DNA of 64,000 nt from Candidatus Latescibacterota bacterium (GTDB lineage: Bacteria > Latescibacterota > UBA2968 > GCA-2709665), in NCBI GenBank assembly GCA_965116875.1, contig OZ220733.1:1952001-2016000 (forward strand), written 5' to 3'. The notes under the pieces were generated by a model. The model worked only from the letters and a program-made list of their open reading frames with translations. It was not told where the DNA came from and ran no database searches. Position numbers and translations under genes: made by a program. The first letter of the stretch is position 1; each line of letters starts with the position of its first letter. This document shows, piece after piece, positions 1-9,433 of the stretch.

Positions 1-2
1 CC

Positions 3-986
3 TATATTCCGGCGGCGCACAAACAGAAAGACTATCTCAATTTCGTCCTGTGGTCGTGCGGGCAGGAACTCGTTACGGAGATGGGGTACAACTGGAATCC
101 GGAGTGGGCGCGCCTGTGGGAGCGCGGCCCGCTATCGCACAATACCGTCCTGGAATGCGCGGATCAGGGCGAGGGAGGTAAGCCCCTCCTGTGGTGCGTG
201 ACCCCGGGTCCGAAGATCGCTGAGGCGGGCCTCCCGCCGGCCAATACGCGCCTCATCGCGCTGTTGCCTCAACGCGCGGGTGAACCCCTCATCGCCGACA
301 TCTTCCGCGTCTCCGGAGAAAGCAGTTCGTACACGTGGATGTTGCACGCCCGATCCGGAGACCTGGACGTAACGGGTCTGGGCGACCTTTCGCCGACGGA
401 CGTCCCGGAACCCCTGCGGTCCGGCCGTTCGGGCCGCGCGATGGAAGACGTCACCGCCACGTGGACGATGGACCGCGGCGGTTTGCGCACCGTCATCCCG
501 AATTTTCGAGACACCAGGGTAACCGTTTCGGAGTGTCCTCCCGAAGAGGACGTGATTGAGGACCTGCATGCCGACGGCGGCACCCTGAAACCGGGGGCCG
601 TTCTCCCGTACCGCGGACACCTCCAGGTTACCCGACCCGGCCCGGACGCCATATTCGCAGCGGTTCACGCGCCGTTTCGGCGCCGCCCGCCCGCGATGGA
701 TATCGAATGCCACGTCCTGTCCGAGCATACCCTGGCACTTCGGATTTCCACCGGCGACGAGCGTTTTGTCCTGTTGCATCACCTTGCGCAAACCGAGGCG
801 CGCTTCGAGGACCTTATTCTGAACGGGCGCGCGGCCGTTGTCACGCTGAGGGACGGGACGCCGCGGTCACTCTGTCTGGCTTCGGGAACTTCCCTGGTCT
901 GTAACGAAGCCGAGCTTCGTCTGGAAGAAAGCGGCAACGCCTGCGCCGTACGTTCCGGAGACACGTTCAAGAGGGTAGAGCTCTAG
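3..986 (+). CDS. Heparinase II/III-like (polysaccharide lyase-type) protein, C-terminal part; 5' end lies outside the window
   Basis: The frame is open from base 3: YIPAAHKQKDYLNFVLWSCGQELVTEMGYNW...W...SHNTV. This fits the H-x-x-x-D-x-L-x-F...G-Y...SHNTV pattern of heparinase II/III C-terminal domains. Confidence 0.65.
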   Translation, partial: YIPAAHKQKDYLNFVLWSCGQELVTEMGYNWNPEWARLWERGPLSHNTVLECADQGEGGKPLLWCVTPGPKIAEAGLPPANTRLIALLPQRAGEPLIADIFRVSGESSSYTWMLHARSGDLDVTGLGDLSPTDVPEPLRSGRSGRAMEDVTATWTMDRGGLRTVIPNFRDTRVTVSECPPEEDVIEDLHADGGTLKPGAVLPYRGHLQVTRPGPDAIFAAVHAPFRRRPPAMDIECHVLSEHTLALRISTGDERFVLLHHLAQTEARFEDLILNGRAAVVTLRDGTPRSLCLASGTSLVCNEAELRLEESGNACAVRSGDTFKRVEL

Positions 987-1043
987 CAGTCTGTGGATAA
1001 AGCCGCTCTGCAGCCCGGATGGACTTTTTCAACGGGCTTATCG

Positions 1044-1110
1044 TGTTCTGTCCCGGAAATAAGTTGCCTGAATCGGCGGCCGAATGGTGAGGAATTTTCG
1101 GGACAGGACA
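1044..1110. mobile_element. Short MITE-like element (short form of the element at 28829-29033)
   Basis: Terminal inverted repeats TGTTCTGTCCCGGAAAT / ATTTTCGGGACAGGACA (15/17 match). Both ends are nearly identical to the copy at 28829-29033. Confidence 0.75.
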
Positions 1111-1176
1111 ATAGGTCTCAATGCGTTATATTGTGCCGTAGGGAAACGCAATCCTACTTCAATACAGGAGACGTGA

Positions 1177-2121
1177 ATGCCGTCAGACTTTCTCAACCGT
1201 GTCGCTGAGGGCCACCTGCTCTGCGATGGTGGCTACTATCTCGAATTCGAACGCCGTTGCCTCGGCAGCTATGCTTCGAAAATTCCGATGGGCGTGCTCG
1301 ACTATCCTGAAGGCGTCCTCGAACTCCACAGAGAATTCGCGCGGGCGGGCGCCGAAGTACTTCAGGCCATGGTATGGGGCGTACGGCCGATGGAACGGGA
1401 AGAGGAACTCCACCGCAAGGCCGTGGAACTGGCGCGCGAAGCGGCCGGCCCGGACCGTTTCGTGGCCGGCACGCTCAGCCCCTTCGTCTATTCGGGCCGT
1501 TCGAAATGGGACCCGATGACCGAAGCAGACAGGACGAATGCCCGGGAATTCTTCGAGCGTCGCGTCGGCCAGCAGACCTCGGCGGGGGTTGACCTCTTCA
1601 TCATCGAAACCTTCTATTCCGTGGATGAAGTCAGCCTTGCCATTCCCTTTGTAAAACAGGCGGGGATTCCGGCCGTGGTTACGATGACCTATCGAGACGC
1701 GGAAGTTACCAGGGAGGGCTACCGCCCCGGGGAAGCCGCCAAACGCCTGGTGGACGCGGGCGCCGACGTGGTCGGCATCAATTGCATGCGCCCCTGGACG
1801 ACCATGCGTCCCCTGATGTATGAAGTCAGGGAATCGGTCTCCGTACCCCTGTGCGCCCAGCCCACCGGATATGAACTCGAACCCGGCGAGAATTTCAATC
1901 GACCGCTGAGCGTCGCCAATCTCTGGACCCAGGTTGAGCCCCGCGTTGTCACGCGTTTTTCCATGGCGGAGTATACCGCCGAAGCCACGCGCATGGGCAT
2001 CGGGCTTATTGGTTCCTGCTGCGGCGCGCTGCCGTTTCACGTCCGCGCCATGGCCGAAGCGCTCGGCAAAACCACGGACCTGCCCGACGTTGACCGGGGG
2101 TACAGCGGGCTTGCGGGGTGA
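1177..2121 (+). CDS. Homocysteine S-methyltransferase family protein (BHMT/MmuM-like)
   Basis: Motifs LCDGGY..EFERR, LHREFARAGAEVLQA, and Zn-ligand motifs VGINC and IGSCCG. RBS CAGGAG upstream. Confidence 0.85.
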   Translation: MPSDFLNRVAEGHLLCDGGYYLEFERRCLGSYASKIPMGVLDYPEGVLELHREFARAGAEVLQAMVWGVRPMEREEELHRKAVELAREAAGPDRFVAGTLSPFVYSGRSKWDPMTEADRTNAREFFERRVGQQTSAGVDLFIIETFYSVDEVSLAIPFVKQAGIPAVVTMTYRDAEVTREGYRPGEAAKRLVDAGADVVGINCMRPWTTMRPLMYEVRESVSVPLCAQPTGYELEPGENFNRPLSVANLWTQVEPRVVTRFSMAEYTAEATRMGIGLIGSCCGALPFHVRAMAEALGKTTDLPDVDRGYSGLAG

Positions 2122-2207
2122 AACTCGATCGTGGATCCGCGGCGACCCGCTCGTCCGGCATTCAGGCCGTCCAAACATTGGCCCACGCAGACGGGAGGAA
2201 GTCATCC

Positions 2208-3890
2208 ATGCTGAATGAAATCACCGCTTGCCTTGAGAAGGGATTCGAACTGGGCGTCCGGTGGACGGACGGGAACGGGGTCCTGAACGACGCCTATGAA
2301 AGCAACCGGCCGGAGAACTTCGCTCCCGCCTGCTGGGCCGTCATCGCCGCATCGCTCTACCGGCTTTCCGGCGAGGACGTCTACCTCGAGTGGACGGAAC
2401 GGTGGATGAAACGCACGGCCGAGATCATGGAAGGCGCCAGGAATTCACCCGGTTTCAGGGAATACGTAATGGGGTACGGCGTGATGGTTTTTCCCATACT
2501 TTCCGACGTCGTGGACCGGGATATTCTGGAACGATGGGAAGCCGGTTTTACCGCATCGTATACCGGCGACGCCGGATTGTCCGATTGCCATGTCTCCGCC
2601 GCGTCACTGTTGTGCGATCTGTTCCTGGACAGCGGGCGGGAGGAGAGTGCCCGGAAGCGATCCGGAGAATTCATCGCCGCGTTCAACCGGAGGCTGACAT
2701 CCGGCGGTTTTCTTCGCGACGACGACGTGAACGGACATTCCGTCGCGCACGTCTACCTTACGGGCACGTTCATTGCAGCCGCCCTTCTCAAGAGCGAGTC
2801 AGACTTCTCCAGGGTTGCCGAAGACGACCGGCGCCAGATCAGTCAACTCCTCGAGACCGTATGCACGTGGTTCAAAAGAGCCAACGGCCAGTTCCATCTG
2901 CCGTTTCTGGCCAGCCGGAGCATCTACCAGATGTACGTCTATCCCATGGTTGCGCTTCTCTCGTTCATAGGTGAAGGTGAAGCGGCCAGGGAGAGAATTC
3001 TCTCGCTCCTCGGGTTCTGCCAGTCCTTCAATCCGGATAAGGGCGTATTCTCCCATACGCCCAATCATCTCTCGCCGTTTGCCCTCGCCGGCCTGGAATG
3101 GACCTACAACCGTCTGAACACCGACCTGGGCGCGGGCCTCGTTGCCTGGGCGCTGCTTGCGCTCCTGGTCGACGAGGAATGGGCGGGTTTCGGCCCGGTC
3201 GCCGCCGCACCGGTGGAAGACGTGGTCGATACGGAAGCCGGGTACGCGATTCTGCACGGCGAAAAGTCGCGCGTGGCTCTGGCCCTCTGCAACCACGACT
3301 GGGGGTATCACCTGCCGCTCCAGCCGCTATCCGTCAAACTCGGCAATACCCCGATGATCGAACCCATTGCCGATGCCAAACGGGACGGTGTCAAACATGC
3401 CTTCCACGAACAGATCACGGAGCCGGACAGGGCCGATCCGCTGCAGGAACCGTACTTCGGGATTCTTGTCAACGAGGCCGGCGGCGCCTACCGCATCATG
3501 GAAGGCGACGTGGAGGTGATTGCCTCGAACGAATTCAGTCTTACCGGCCCGCTCCCGCTTCAAATAAAACTCGATCCGGGGAACAAAACCATCCGGCTGG
3601 CGTACCGGGTCGCGGAACTCAAGGACGACGACCAGGCCGTTTTCTCCATGCCCATCCTCCTGTGGGACGGTAAAGAGGAACCGACCTACAGCGTCGACAG
3701 CGGTACGATGGTCCTTGGCTGGAAAGGCGCAGCCTACCGCATATCGATAACCGGCAACAGCGGACCCTGGGATCTGCACATGGCGCGCTATCTGCACGCG
3801 GGGTGCGGGCTTACCGGAAACATGACCATTCCCCTCGTCCATTCCAACACGCGACTCGACACTGTCGTCAGCATCGAACGGACGGCGTGA
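2208..3890 (+). CDS. Hypothetical protein (about 560 aa); helical N-terminal half, beta-rich C-terminal half
   Basis: Long ORF with GGGAGG RBS before ATG 2208, co-oriented with both neighbours. No family recognised with confidence. Confidence 0.7.
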   Translation: MLNEITACLEKGFELGVRWTDGNGVLNDAYESNRPENFAPACWAVIAASLYRLSGEDVYLEWTERWMKRTAEIMEGARNSPGFREYVMGYGVMVFPILSDVVDRDILERWEAGFTASYTGDAGLSDCHVSAASLLCDLFLDSGREESARKRSGEFIAAFNRRLTSGGFLRDDDVNGHSVAHVYLTGTFIAAALLKSESDFSRVAEDDRRQISQLLETVCTWFKRANGQFHLPFLASRSIYQMYVYPMVALLSFIGEGEAARERILSLLGFCQSFNPDKGVFSHTPNHLSPFALAGLEWTYNRLNTDLGAGLVAWALLALLVDEEWAGFGPVAAAPVEDVVDTEAGYAILHGEKSRVALALCNHDWGYHLPLQPLSVKLGNTPMIEPIADAKRDGVKHAFHEQITEPDRADPLQEPYFGILVNEAGGAYRIMEGDVEVIASNEFSLTGPLPLQIKLDPGNKTIRLAYRVAELKDDDQAVFSMPILLWDGKEEPTYSVDSGTMVLGWKGAAYRISITGNSGPWDLHMARYLHAGCGLTGNMTIPLVHSNTRLDTVVSIERTA

Positions 3891-3904
3891 GGGAAGGGCC
3901 GGTC

Positions 3905-4888
3905 ATGAACCTCGGATTCGTCGGTCTGGGCAACTACGCCAAAAACCACCAGCGGGCCGTCCGGAAGAATCCGGACCTGGCCCTGGTTTCCGTCTACGAC
4001 GTTGTCCCTGAACGGACCGACGAGGTTGTCCGGACGTTCGGCGCGAAACGGGCCTCCGCCATTGAAGATCTGGCCGGCGACCCCGACGTGGACGGCGTGG
4101 TCATCACCACGCCCAACCCACGCCACTTTGACGACTTCAAGACATGCGCCGCCGAAGGCAAGCACGTCTTCGTCAACGTACCCGTCACGACCAGCCGCGC
4201 TCAGGCAGCCGAAATGATGGGTCTCGCCAACAAACGCGGCCTGACCTACATGGCCGGCCACAACCTCCGCAAGAACCCGGCCATTTCCCATCTGAAGAAA
4301 CGCATTGACGCGGGAGATATCGGCACGTTGCACTCCGTGGAAGCATCGGTTGGAGGCGCTTCCGGGTACAGCTTGACGCCTGAAAACTGGCGGTACCACC
4401 TTACGAACACGCCCCTTCTGCCCTTTGCGCAGATGGCCGTTGTCTTCATCGACCTGATTCTGAACATCATGGGCGCCCCGGAGAGAATCGCCGCGTTCAT
4501 GTCCAAGCGGGACGGCGCCGGAGAGTCTCCGGACCTGGGCGCGGTGATCGGCCGCTATGCCGACGGGCGTCTTTCCTACGTCGGTGCGTCGTACGTCTCC
4601 CAACTGGGCTACGAAATCACCTTCGCGGGAAGCGAGGCCAGAATCAGGTGGGACAGCCACGACGATAACGCCGTTACGTTGATCGGCGCTGAGGGTCACC
4701 ACAGGAAAGCCTTCGAACGGATCGACGAACAGTACGAGGAACTCGCCGAATTCGCGCATTGCGCGCAGACCGGCACCGTTCCCTCGGTAAGTGGCCTGGA
4801 CGCATTCAACGTTGCCGCATACTTCGAAGCCATTGCCGAATCCATCAGTACCGGGCGGGCCGTTCGCTTCAGGCCGTTCGGCGAATAG
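3905..4888 (+). CDS. Gfo/Idh/MocA family oxidoreductase
   Basis: MNLGFVGLGNYA Rossmann motif, DVDGVVITTPNPRH, GKHVFVNVP (the usual EKP motif is replaced by NVP), GHNLR. Confidence 0.85.
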   Translation: MNLGFVGLGNYAKNHQRAVRKNPDLALVSVYDVVPERTDEVVRTFGAKRASAIEDLAGDPDVDGVVITTPNPRHFDDFKTCAAEGKHVFVNVPVTTSRAQAAEMMGLANKRGLTYMAGHNLRKNPAISHLKKRIDAGDIGTLHSVEASVGGASGYSLTPENWRYHLTNTPLLPFAQMAVVFIDLILNIMGAPERIAAFMSKRDGAGESPDLGAVIGRYADGRLSYVGASYVSQLGYEITFAGSEARIRWDSHDDNAVTLIGAEGHHRKAFERIDEQYEELAEFAHCAQTGTVPSVSGLDAFNVAAYFEAIAESISTGRAVRFRPFGE

Positions 4889-4890
4889 AA

Positions 4891-4921
4891 AAAGCCCTGG
4901 AGAACGCATCTCCAGGGCTTT
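4891..4921. terminator. Probable bidirectional intrinsic terminator
   Basis: Perfect 13-bp stem AAAGCCCTGGAGA-ACGCA-TCTCCAGGGCTTT between convergent genes. Confidence 0.75.
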
Positions 4922-4946
4922 CGTCGGACATCCTGTCGGACCTGAT

Positions 4947-5255
4947 TCAGATCACATCGATTTGTTGAGCGGTTATCCAGATATCCTTCTGATCAAAACG
5001 AGTCTTCAGGGTTTCCTTGAACTTTCTGATAAATGCCGTGTTTTCCGGGGTATCTTCCGCATCGATTCGGATACGAATCAACCTATCGTCATAGCGGGTA
5101 CCCTGATATTTCCATCGACCACTGACGACAACTGAATCCGTACTTGTCGAACCAAATTCCGCGACGAATTCCTCATCAGTACGGGTGAATTTCTCCTCTT
5201 CAATTCGCCGCCCGTCATTGTAATACAGAGGCAGCAGGATTTCGAATTTGCGCAT
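4947..5255 (-). CDS. Small hypothetical protein, DUF3574/PII-like fold suspected; downstream gene of a candidate TA pair
   Basis: 102 aa, MRKFEILLPLYYNDG...SGRW...YDD...DTPEN...RFDQKDIWIT. Overlaps the upstream ORF by 41 nt and is visibly more AT-rich than the flanks. Confidence 0.7.
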   Translation of the reverse strand: MRKFEILLPLYYNDGRRIEEEKFTRTDEEFVAEFGSTSTDSVVVSGRWKYQGTRYDDRLIRIRIDAEDTPENTAFIRKFKETLKTRFDQKDIWITAQQIDVI

Positions 5256-5445
5256 GAGAGTTCTCTACCTCGTCTTCCGAGGCGTTTCGATATGATATAT
5301 CCTGGTCATCCAGAATCGACAATGCCTGAACGGGCACGATGTATACGCCACCCGGCAAGCTGGTCACCGTGGCATGGGTAGCCAGTTCGTAATAACCATT
5401 CACCTGATGTTTGCGACTATTGAACTTGATATAAACAGTATTCAT
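5215..5445 (-). CDS. Small hypothetical protein (76 aa); upstream gene of a candidate TA pair
   Basis: ATG at 5445 (MNTVYIKFNS...) with an acidic C-terminal part. Lies just downstream of a near-consensus promoter. Confidence 0.6.
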   Translation of the reverse strand: MNTVYIKFNSRKHQVNGYYELATHATVTSLPGGVYIVPVQALSILDDQDISYRNASEDEVENSHAQIRNPAASVLQ

Positions 5446-5500
5446 GCCTACCCCGCTGTACAAAACGTTCGCAATCGACGCAAAATCGTCCAATAGGTGA

Positions 5501-5529
5501 ATTTTAGCAATTTACGCGATTCGTGTCAA
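5501..5529 (-). promoter_or_regulatory. Sigma70-type promoter for the two-gene module
   Basis: Minus strand TTGACA(5529-5524)-N17-TAAAAT(5506-5501) with a TG extended -10. An imperfect inverted repeat, TCGTGTCAAC...GTTGAAACACGA, overlaps the -35. Confidence 0.65.
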
Positions 5530-5647
5530 CCCTGGTTGAAACACGATAGGGCCTCGATTCACGTGTCGACCTCCGCTGTTATCAACAGTTCGACGGCGAC
5601 CCCAGCGACAGTTCATTCGCCCCGATGGCCAGACGGACGTGGCCTTA

Positions 5648-7381
5648 TTATGCTTCCTGTCCTTTGCGCACGACTTCTTTCACGTACCCAACCAGCGCGT
5701 CGATCGCGACGTCTTTTCTTTCTCGCTCGTTTCTCATTTTTACTTCCACCTCCCCCTTGGCCAGCCCCCTGGAACCCACCGTAATCCGGATTGGGATGCC
5801 GATCAGGTCCGCATCGTTGAACTTGACGCCCGCCCGCTCGTCGCGGTCATCCAGCAGCACTTCTATCCCGTCGGCTTCCAGTTCCCCGCAGATCCGCTCC
5901 GCCGCCTCCAACTCTCCCTTCGGCCGATTTCCCGAGAGCACCACGATATGCACGTGGAACGGTGCGACCGGGATCGGCCAGACGATGCCCTGTTCGTCGT
6001 GGTGTTCCTCGATCACGCAGGCCAGCAGGCGCCCGACGCCGATGCCGTAGGAGCCCATCACCAGCGGCCGGGCTTTGCCGTTTTCGTCCAGGAAGTTCGC
6101 CCCGAGTTTCTCGCTGTACCTCGTGCCCAGCTTGAAGATATTTCCCACTTCGACCCCGCGCGCCGACCGCAGCGGGCCACCGCAGAATGCGCAGGGCATC
6201 CCCGCCTCCACGGCCACCAGATCGGCGACCAGGTCCGCCTCGAAATCCCTGCCCACGTTCACGTTCAGGCAATGATAGTCCACCCTGTTCGCCCCGGACA
6301 CGAAATTGCCGGATTTCGCCACCAGGTCATCCACGACAATCAAAGCATCCTCGGCGATGCCGATCGGGGACCCGTATCCCGGCTCGGCCCCGATCGCCCG
6401 GATTTCTTCCTCTGCCGCCGGCCGCATATCGACAGCCCCGGCCGCGTTGGCCAACTTCGTCTCACTCAGCTCGTGGTCTCCCCGTACCAGCGCGAAGATA
6501 AACCGTTCCTCTCCCTGGATGGAACCGGTCATAAACACCGCCTTGGCGGTTCGACTCGCCGGAACGTCCAGGAACCGCGCCAGGTCTTCAATGGTGGTGC
6601 ATCCCGGCGTTGCCACTTCCTGGAGCGGCTCCGGCGCTTCCGCGACGGCCTCTTCCCTTCGATACACGGCGATCTGACGGTTCGCACGGTATCCGCATCC
6701 GTCGCAGATCAACAGCGTATCCTCGCCAACGGGATTCAGATACATGAACTCGTGCGCACCGGTTCCGCCCATCATGCCCGTGTCGCTCTCCACCGAAACC
6801 ACCTGGTCCGCCAGGCCGACCCGACGGAAGATATTCTCATAGGCCCGGTACATGTCCTGATAGATCGAATCCAGGCCGGACTCGTCCAGGTCGAAACTGT
6901 ACGCGTCCTTCATCGTGAATTCCCGAACCCGGATCAGGCCGCCCCGGCTCCGGGGCTCGTCGCGGAACTTCGTCTGAATCTGGTACACGCACATCGGAAC
7001 CTGACGATAGCTCCTGATCAGGTGCCGCGCCAGGTCCGTTACCGCTTCTTCGTGGGTCATTGCAAGACACATGGCCCGCTCCGACCGATCCTGCATCCGG
7101 AGCATTTCCGGACCCACCTCGTTCCACCGCCCGCTTTCCTGCCAGAGTTCGGCCGGCTGCACGATGGGCATCAGCAGTTCCACGCAGTCGATCGCCGCCA
7201 TCTCGTCCCGAAAAATCGCCTCGATCTTCCGCGCGACCCGGAGTCCCAGCGGCAGCGCGCTGAAAATGCCCGCCGCCAGCGGCCGGATCAGCCCGGCCCG
7301 CAGGGCAAGCTGGTGGCTGGACAGCTCCGCGTCGGCCGGCGCCTCCCTGAGCGTCTGCGTAAACAGGCTGCTATACCGCAT
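5648..7381 (-). CDS. proS: Proline--tRNA ligase (bacterial type with editing insertion)
   Basis: MRYSSLFTQTLRE, LWQESGRW, THEE, QIQTKFRDEPRSRGGLIRVREFTMKDAYSF, EVGNIFKLG, MGSYGIGVGR, KFNDADLIGIP. Confidence 0.97.
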   Translation of the reverse strand: MRYSSLFTQTLREAPADAELSSHQLALRAGLIRPLAAGIFSALPLGLRVARKIEAIFRDEMAAIDCVELLMPIVQPAELWQESGRWNEVGPEMLRMQDRSERAMCLAMTHEEAVTDLARHLIRSYRQVPMCVYQIQTKFRDEPRSRGGLIRVREFTMKDAYSFDLDESGLDSIYQDMYRAYENIFRRVGLADQVVSVESDTGMMGGTGAHEFMYLNPVGEDTLLICDGCGYRANRQIAVYRREEAVAEAPEPLQEVATPGCTTIEDLARFLDVPASRTAKAVFMTGSIQGEERFIFALVRGDHELSETKLANAAGAVDMRPAAEEEIRAIGAEPGYGSPIGIAEDALIVVDDLVAKSGNFVSGANRVDYHCLNVNVGRDFEADLVADLVAVEAGMPCAFCGGPLRSARGVEVGNIFKLGTRYSEKLGANFLDENGKARPLVMGSYGIGVGRLLACVIEEHHDEQGIVWPIPVAPFHVHIVVLSGNRPKGELEAAERICGELEADGIEVLLDDRDERAGVKFNDADLIGIPIRITVGSRGLAKGEVEVKMRNERERKDVAIDALVGYVKEVVRKGQEA

Positions 7382-7399
7382 CAAGACTCCTTTCAATGT

Positions 7400-8176
7400 T
7401 CAGTGCCCGCGCCCGTGTCGTGTTTTCTGGAAATTGAATAGTTTCAGGGCGGTGCGGCCCATGATCCATTCAAGCTCGTTTTCGGACAGAAACGTCCAGC
7501 GGCGTGGCATCTCTACCGCCATCTCGCAGGTTTCGTGAAGACTCACGGGCGGGAAATCGCTCCCCCACATCATCCGCTCGGCGCCGAACCGCTCCAGCGC
7601 CCGTTCGATGAACGGCGTTGCCTCGTCGTAGGGATATCCCTTCCCGAATCCGTAGAAGCCCGAAAGCATGAACACCGTGTTTTCATAGTTCGCGTAACCC
7701 ATCAGGCGCTCGTATGCCGGTTCGTCCGGGGTCTTCTCCACGTCCGGAAACCATCCCATGTGTTCGATCCGAAACATCGCGTTCGGATACCGCTGAATTC
7801 GCTCCTCCATCCGTGGACGAAGCATGCCGGCCATGCCTCCGCTCAGACTGGCCATGATACCGAGTTCGCCGACGGCGTCCCAGACCGCCTCGTTATCGAC
7901 GGAAGCCGGAATCCGCAGTCCCGCGAGGCCGAACTCGCCTACTTCGCGGCGGATCCGGTCGCCCGCGTCTACGGCCTCGTAGTCCACCGCGCCCAGGGAC
8001 GCGAACCGGCGCGGATAGCGGTCCATACAGTCTTTTAAATAGGCGTTATCGTGGCATCCGCCGTACTGCACGAGCAGGGCCTTGTCGATATCGGCTGATT
8101 CCATCTGCGCCAGAAGCACTTCAACCGCGACGTACTTGGTAAGACCCACGTGGACGTGGCCGTCGACAATGGTCAT
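7400..8176 (-). CDS. Amidohydrolase family 2 protein
   Basis: IVDGHVHV metal motif, RIEHMG, RMMWGSDFP. Confidence 0.85.
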   Translation of the reverse strand: MTIVDGHVHVGLTKYVAVEVLLAQMESADIDKALLVQYGGCHDNAYLKDCMDRYPRRFASLGAVDYEAVDAGDRIRREVGEFGLAGLRIPASVDNEAVWDAVGELGIMASLSGGMAGMLRPRMEERIQRYPNAMFRIEHMGWFPDVEKTPDEPAYERLMGYANYENTVFMLSGFYGFGKGYPYDEATPFIERALERFGAERMMWGSDFPPVSLHETCEMAVEMPRRWTFLSENELEWIMGRTALKLFNFQKTRHGRGH

Positions 8177-8231
8177 TCCTTCCCTCCAGGGATTGATTGG
8201 GAAATTCACTACCTGCCGTTACAGGTGTCAA

Positions 8232-9053
8232 TCAGATCTCCACCACCAGCCCGTCTTCGGCTACGAGTACCTCGCCGCCGTAACCGCTTCTGATCTGTTC
8301 CGCCATCTGGTAGGGAGACGTCCGGTCTCCCGTAATGTCTTCGATCACCAGGTGTTTGATCATTACGCGTTTCACTTCCGCCTTCCGCGCGATATCCGCA
8401 ATGTCCGCCGGTGTAATGTGCCAGGCGCCCCACGGCTGCGTTTCCAGGAATTCCGGCGTTCCGGAACACTCGATGGCGAGCAGGTCCGCGCCTTTGCAGA
8501 ATGCCGGAAAGTCCTCATCGGGGGTGCCGTCTCCCGTGATGATTACCCGGCGATCGCCGGCATCCACTCGGTAGGCCAGGGTCGGAATATTCCCGTGGTC
8601 GGCAAACACGGCGGAAATCCGGTAGTCTTCCCGCTCCAGAAAACAGCGATTCCCATCCACTTCGATCACGTCCGGGTCGAGGGGCTGGATGTCCTTACCG
8701 TGGCTCAGCCGGCTGCTGATGTCCTGTTCAAAGGGCGGCCGGATGATCCTCTCCACGAATTCCCGTGTGCCCTCGGGTCCATAGATTTCCAATCGACGAT
8801 TCCGCACCTTCACCCATCCCGCGAAAACCAGATAGGGCACATCCACGATATGATCGAAGTGCAGATGCGTCAGAAACAGACGGTCCACCTCCTCGCACCC
8901 CACACCGGCCCGCGCCAGGTTCGTACTGGCGCTCCGCCCGCAGTCGAACATCAGCACCTCGTCTCCAACCCGGAGCATCTGCGCGGGACCGCCGCGAACC
9001 GGGTTGTCCCGGACCGCGCCGCTGCCCAGCATCACAAACGTTATTTCCGACAT
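8232..9053 (-). CDS. MBL-fold metallo-hydrolase (RNase Z/AtsA-like)
   Basis: MLGSG, LMFDCG, FLTHLHFDH (HxHxDH), IYGPEGT, ITGD, WHITP. An alternative TTG start lies at 9071. Confidence 0.85.
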   Translation of the reverse strand: MSEITFVMLGSGAVRDNPVRGGPAQMLRVGDEVLMFDCGRSASTNLARAGVGCEEVDRLFLTHLHFDHIVDVPYLVFAGWVKVRNRRLEIYGPEGTREFVERIIRPPFEQDISSRLSHGKDIQPLDPDVIEVDGNRCFLEREDYRISAVFADHGNIPTLAYRVDAGDRRVIITGDGTPDEDFPAFCKGADLLAIECSGTPEFLETQPWGAWHITPADIADIARKAEVKRVMIKHLVIEDITGDRTSPYQMAEQIRSGYGGEVLVAEDGLVVEI

Positions 9054-9295
9054 GATTATTGCTTTCGCCAAACCTCTTTAGTTCGAAAACCGGAGCATGC
9101 ATGGATGGACAGGATCGACAGGACAAAAGCGGAATATAGACAGAACACTCTCCAGACCGGGTAATTGCGATGATAATCCCAAGCCAACGGTTCTTGATAC
9201 GATGTTAACCCCAATCAACAGTTATTACCGGGAGCAATAAATAGTCGACAAATATTGTGCCTGCTATGGTGGAGTGGAACTTGCCCAAAAACGGA

Positions 9296-9377
9296 CGCTG
9301 AGCTTGTCGAAGCGCCCGCGTATCGGGACCCCTCTTCCTTCGCCGACCCTTCGACAAGCTCAGGGAGCGGCTCAGGC
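9296..9377. repeat. REP-like palindromic units (CTGAGCTTGTCGAAG / CTTCGACAAGCTCAG family), partly nested
   Basis: CGCTGAGCTTGTCGAAGCG at 9296-9314 and the inverted CCCTTCGACAAGCTCAGGG at 9347-9365. The same motif occurs at about 12.75-12.84 kb and 28.89-28.97 kb. Confidence 0.8.
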
Positions 9378-9433
9378 TGGCCGGTCAATGCTGTGGAAAA
9401 AAGGCAAACTATCAGGTGCTCCGAGAAATAACC

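Noticed and set aside
984-1040. Possible second mini-MITE (CAGTCTGTGGATAAAG ... CTTTTTCAACGGGCTT) next to the short MITE
   Set aside because: Only about 11/16 inverted match and no clear target duplication; too degenerate to call.
5639-7441. 600-aa ORF on + antisense to proS (similar long shadows over polA 23258-24529, dsbD 16311-17525, dctP 20379-21413 and the GGR gene 52581-53759)
   Set aside because: These mirror well-conserved genes on the other strand, have no recognisable motifs, and are expected in high-GC coding DNA.
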